Of a stretch of DNA of 64,000 nucleotides, positions 59,036 to 64,000 are shown piece by piece. Made by a program: the position numbers and the translations under genes. Position 1 is the first letter of the stretch. Each line of letters begins with the position of its first letter. Under the pieces are notes generated by a model. It made no database searches. It saw only the letters and a program-made list of their open reading frames with translations, and was not told the DNA's origin. This DNA comes from Chrysomallon squamiferum (taxonomy: Eukaryota; Animalia; Mollusca). The DNA lies in NCBI GenBank assembly GCA_012295275.1, contig CM022673.1, forward strand, positions 29,016,001 through 29,080,000, written 5' to 3'.

Positions 59036-59255
59036 CATTTGTCTTATTTTCATAATTAAAAAGTTTTCTTTTTACATGAGAGAGATAATGTGTTGTGATG
59101 TGTTAGTCTGATTGTGTGTGTGTGCCTGTGTTGTGTGTTGTATGTGTGTGCCTGTGTTTGTGTGTTGTGTGTGTGTGTGAAAGTTATCTTTTGCATGGTG
59201 TGTTTGCGAGAGATAATGTACAGTGTTTTTGGATGTGCTTTTAGTACCTATGTAT

Positions 59256-59287
<32 letters not shown>

Positions 59288-59922
59288 ATCCATTTTGTTA
59301 AAGTTATTCTTAATTTCTGATACAACCATTCAAATTGTTTTTAATGAAAGGATAAACGGAATTGAAAGAAAATTCTGCAAAATTTCTTATTCATTTTGTA
59401 AAGGATAAACGGCAATGAAAATAAAAAATCGAACAAAATCTCTTATTTTATTTTAATATGCCAGGAATAAAATGAATCAACAAAACAACAACAATAATAA
59501 TAATAATAAATTCAATGTAATATATTTTTTAATTCAGTGTATATATATATTTAAATTCAATGTAATATATATATATATATTTAAATTCGGATGGACAGAT
59601 ATATTGAGAATATTTTTTTATTATTATTCGCGTGGAGAAGACATCTGTAAACATTATTTGAATAAACAAATCCTATTTGTACAATACTGACTTTTTAACC
59701 ATGTGGGTGGGGGGTGACCGCCCCTTTCCCCTCCTCTAAACACGCTTAGTGTCGATCTCAAATACAATCAACATAATAACGAACTTGTTGAGTTTAGTTC
59801 ACACAGTAGGAACCAGCAGGACGTGACTTTGTGGTGTAAACTAAAAGAAACATGACCACGATTTTCCGTTTTTTCATGAGATTTTTTTCTTTCTTTCTTT
59901 CAAACCTTCAAAGAACATAACC

Positions 59923-60070
59923 AAAGCATTATAATCAAAAGCCACTTAAATCATTAAGATTATTAATTATATTAATAAGCAGGAGATAATCACGATACCT
60001 CCCATAGGCTGTTTATCTTTCATGTCACGTGGTGTTTTGTATATAAACCGTTACTGTTCTATGTAACGGT
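59923..60070 (+). promoter_or_regulatory. Promoter of peptide gene D
   Basis: Blocks AAGCATTATAATCAAAAG, AATAAGCAGGAGATA, CTCCCA, GGTGTTTTGTATATAAA and the inverted repeat ACCGTTAC-n8-GTAACGGT, all shared with gene E. Confidence 0.7.
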
Positions 60071-60148
60071 ACAAACCGAAGTGAAAAAGAACAGTAAAAT
60101 ATTTATATTATTAAGGGATAAAATTTTATTAGCGTTGACAGAAAAACC

Positions 60149-60873
60149 ATGAATTTTGTTAAAATCATCACTGTTGTCTGCCGTAAGTACAAAACAAGTA
60201 GAGTTTTTTAAAACTAATATTAGAAATAATTGTACAAAGTTAATAACTGTAACCTATTTATTTTATTTTATTTGTTCTTTCAATATCCCTGATGATTATA
60301 GATGATTTTGTTAATGTAAGCGTTGTCGTTGAAAAATGGGGTTTTGTCATTTGTGAAATGTTTCTTTGTTTTGTAGTTTCAGTTTCTCTGATGGCTGCAG
60401 CTGATGCGTGCTGTTGTAAATGTTGTAAATGTTGTTGTAAATGCTGCTGCAAGTGTTGTAAGTGCTGCTGTGACAAAAAAAAATATCTGTCAAGAAATGA
60501 AAACAACGAGTTTCTCAAACAGGTATAAAACCATTAAAACCATTTATTTATTACAAACTAATAAACACACACACACACACACTCACACGCACAGACAATC
60601 ATACACATAAATATATAATAATAAAAATTTGAATCTATTAAATTGCCACTTTATTAATATAAAGTTGGTTATAGGCATCTCAAAAAATTATCTTTATAAA
60701 GACCTAGTTTACAAAACTAGTCGAAGTTGGTTATGTACCTTTTGTTGGTTATGTTAGTTATGTTCTGTTGGTTATGTTTCTTTCCATTCTTACTGTTTTA
60801 AAAGTTGTTTATTTTACCTGTATAATGTGTGCATTTTTTTTTTTTTTTATTACAGGTATCAGGGAACCAGTGA
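60149..60873 (+). CDS. Secreted Cys/Lys micropeptide precursor D, C-terminally extended, 65 aa: MNFVKIITVVCLSVSLMAAADA|CCCKCCKCCCKCCCKCCKCCCDKKKYLSRNENNEFLKQVSGNQ
   Basis: Exons 60149-60182, 60377-60522 and 60856-60873. The TAA seen in C and E is absent (A9 run), so the frame reads into exon 3 (GTA TCA GGG AAC CAG TGA). TATATAAA at 60040-60047. Confidence 0.8.
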
Positions 60874-61197
60874 CTGAAAACTGTTATTACTGGCATTATA
60901 TCTATTATTTCTATTTTCTTTTTAAAAAATAAAGTAATTATTTAACAACATATTGTTTTCTTCTCTTTGTTAATGTTTCATTTGGACTTTTAAATGTATA
61001 TATTTATATTAATTAGACTAGAAAGTATAAAACAAAAAGCTGACACGCATGATATTTAAGCTGAATAGGTCGCCGCTGGTAAACTGTTGGCTTCATGCTT
61101 TTGTAAAATGATATTCGGATCCTGTAGGGAAATTTGGGAAATTTAAAAAAAAAAAAAAGTGTTCAACTTTGGATAAGTTTCTACATTTTTCTAAAAT

Positions 61198-61600
61198 AAC
61201 ATAACTAAGTGAAGACTTTGGATACACGTTTTTCTACATAACTAAAAAAAACACGTATTTCTTAAATAGGTAAACATTTACACGTATTTCTACGTAACTA
61301 AGTGAATAACTTACACGTGTTTGTATTTCTACATAACTAAGTGAATAGCCTAACTAAGTAAATATCCTAAACGTATTTTTACATAACTAAGTAAAAAACC
61401 TATACATAATTTTACATAACATAACTAAGTAAATATCCTAAACGCATTTTTCTACATAACTAAGTAAAAACCTATACGTATTTTTACATAACTAAGTAAA
61501 TATCCATATACACGCAAATATCCTAAACGTTTTACATAACTAAACATAAATATAAATATCCTAAACCTACATAACGTATTTTTATATAACTATGTAAATA
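61198..61600. repeat. Degenerate AT-rich minisatellite with ACATAACTAAGT core, between genes D and E
   Basis: About ten recurrences of (tttct)acataactaagtaaa...cctaaacgta at ~35-45 bp spacing. Confidence 0.85.
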
Positions 61601-62689
61601 CATCTTAGATTAAATGATTAAAGAGCATTTTATCAAACACATCCACTAGATGAACCAGTTTCAGAACATCAGATTCAATTAGACACAACAGAAGAAACAA
61701 TGAAACAGTACATTATGAAAACCAAGGATATAGTTTTGTTGTGATTTCAGTTATGGTGTCGATGTTAAGTAATATGTTTAATAATGTGGAAATGGCTGTG
61801 AAAACGAAAATCCAAAACCGACTCCTTGGCAGTCGAATCTGACTTTCCATTGTCTCTACGCTACTGAAAGAAAATATATCTGTCTTCGTAATATTAAAAT
61901 AATAATGATGATGATGGTGATGATGACAAAACAATATAATAATAATAAGAAGAAAAATTTAATAATAATAATTATAATAAAATGCGTAAAACACGGAGAC
62001 TCGATACAGGTATGCTGATGCTTTCATGTAATTTACTTTTTAAACACTTTTTTCTTTCATTTTGAACATTATATTCCACAACAGTATATCTTCCAGCTCC
62101 TGATTATCCTTTTCTATCAAAGACAACATCACTGTAACAATTTCTACAGTTTCTACCATCACACGTACCATTACTGCTTCTGCTACTAATATTGTTCTAC
62201 TACAGTAATAACACTAATACTAATACCGTTACACAGATACTGTTTATCATACAATCACCATCATCACTTCCAGTAGCTATTAGTACGACTTTTACAACAA
62301 CAACAATAACAATAATAGTTATAAAAATAACAACAAATCATAATAATAAAAACAACAACAACGACAGTAACAGTATCAGCAATCATACTACTACTACTGT
62401 TAATAATAATAATACTACTAATAATATTAATAATAATAATAACGACAATAACAGTATCATCAATACTACTACTACTACTAATACTACTAATAATAGCTAC
62501 ATATCTAATTATCTCAAAAAAAATAAATTATTCACCCACGTGTTTTTATTTCTCGCAGTTGGAAAGAAGACCGCGAACCAGCATGAAACCTCTTTGTGAT
62601 GTAAACAAAAATGTACTCAGTCACGTGTGTTGCTTTGTTTTTTAACTTCTTTTTGTTGTTTTCTTTAAAATTTTCAAACAAGATAAGCT

Positions 62690-62839
62690 AAGCATTATAA
62701 TCAAAAGACGCTTAAATCTTTAACTTGCGAGTTAATTATGTCAATAAGCAGGAGATATCCACTTTATCTCCCACCAGTTGGTTTGCTTTGATATCGCCTG
62801 GTGTTTTGTATATAAACCGTTACTTTTCGACGTAACGGT
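62690..62839 (+). promoter_or_regulatory. Promoter of peptide gene E
   Basis: Same conserved blocks in the same order as the D promoter; TATATAAA at 62809-62816. Confidence 0.7.
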
Positions 62840-62914
62840 ACAAACTGAAGTGGAAAAAACTTATAGTATTACAGTCTAGAGATTCATCAGTTTTGAAAGA
62901 AAAATCTATATATA

Positions 62915-63196
62915 ATGAATTTTGTAAGAATCCTCACAGTTGTCTGCCGTAAGTAAAAAAGAAAATAAATAATCAAGATAAGTATTTTATAAACTGAAAC
63001 TGGATGATAATTAATCTAAATATCTTTCAACCTAGATGACGTTGAAAAACGTGGTTTTGTCAGTTGTGAAATGTTTCTTTGTTTTGTAGTTTCAGTTTCT
63101 CTGATGGCTGCAGCTGATGCGTGCTGTTGTAAATGTTGTAAATGTTGTTGTAAATGCTGCTGCAAGTGTTGTAAGTGCTGCTGTGACAAAAAGTAA
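62915..63196 (+). CDS. Secreted Cys/Lys micropeptide precursor E, 46 aa: MNFVRILTVVCLSVSLMAAADA|CCCKCCKCCCKCCCKCCKCCCDKK
   Basis: Coding exons 62915-62948 (C|gtaagt) and 63090-63196 (TAA stop). 3'UTR donor at 63238, third exon from 63557 (cag|GTATCGTGGAA), AATAAA at 63613-63618, TATATAAA at 62809-62816. Confidence 0.88.
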
Positions 63197-64000
63197 GCTG
63201 CTGAAACGGACAGGAACTTTATGAGTTTCATAAACAGGTATATAAAAAAATACTCATAATTTTTAAATGTTAATAATTATAAAAATATGAAAATTATAAA
63301 TGTAACAACGAACGAACCAGTAAATAAATAAATAAATAAATAATTCATGACAGAATTATATGTTAACGTCGTATCATTAACATAACGTTTCAAGGAAAAT
63401 TGTTTTAATTTTTTTGCGTTGTTAAATTCTGTATTTCAGTTAATTAAGATATCTCAGTGAAACTTTTATTTTGTAAACTTAGATTATTTCACATCAGTGA
63501 TATTTCTGTTTTAATACATTTATAATTAATATCTGCGTATTTTATTTTTTCGACAGGTATCGTGGAATCAGAAACACGTGTCTGTGATCACAAAAATCTG
63601 AACTGTAATCTCAATAAAACTACTGCAAATAATATAACATTGTTCTTTTTCTTTTATTTATCATTTCAACTTTAAAAATACGTACTCGTTTTTAACATTT
63701 TCCAAATACACATATATTTCCTATCATTGACATACTACAATTTAAACCAACACTGAAAAGTTAATTTGTATCCTCACAATGAATTATATGTAATTAGCAG
63801 TTCAAAGTATATATTATTACTACTTATCTTTCAATATACTGAGCTAATTGAATGTTATAGGGGACACTGATTTTTCAAGATTCAAAATATTCTCCGAGTA
63901 CAGACCTAGTATCCCGAACCAATCTTAGTTACATATTACAGTTTTCAGTTTGCACAACAATTCTGCTTGTTTTGTACAAACTTATTTAAAAATATTATAC

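Noticed and set aside
61713-61863. Minus-strand exon-like frame SVETMESQIRLPRSRFWIFVFTAISTLLNILL... after a tttctttcag acceptor
   Set aside because: No upstream partner exon and no recognisable homology; it overlaps the spacer between D and E and is probably chance.
58262-63231. ORF-track proteins containing QQHLQHLQQHLQQH (58262+, 60258-, 63016-)
   Set aside because: They are antisense shadows of the Cys/Lys exon. TATA boxes, signal-peptide exons, splice sites and synonymous-only variation all support the opposite strand.

Overview
AT-rich eukaryotic genomic DNA with GT-AG introns and many microsatellites. A mollusc-like invertebrate origin is inferred from composition, not proven. Two coding systems could be rebuilt by hand, and the ORF track shows both only as fragments. 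(1) 20011-48380 (+): a 29-coding-exon gene of about 1622 aa. It encodes a signal peptide, five tandem UNC5-type Ig1+Ig2 cassettes, a Thr/Glu mucin stalk, three 6-Cys repeats (C-x8-C-x7-C core, like the RGM N-terminal domain and neuritin) and a GPI-anchor signal. It has no TSP1, transmembrane, ZU5, UPA or death domain. (2) 52955-63196: a cluster of five tiny three-exon paralogs (A+, B-, C-, D+, E+), each with a 22-aa signal peptide and a very short Cys/His-rich peptide: HHSSGKCSCSCCHDKKKK, HCCHCCHHDKRK, and three copies of CCCKCCKCCCKCCCKCCKCCCDKK (16 of 24 residues Cys). I recognise no named family for these peptides. The first ~19.9 kb holds no gene I can support firmly. All gene models are manual splice-site readings and need RNA evidence.
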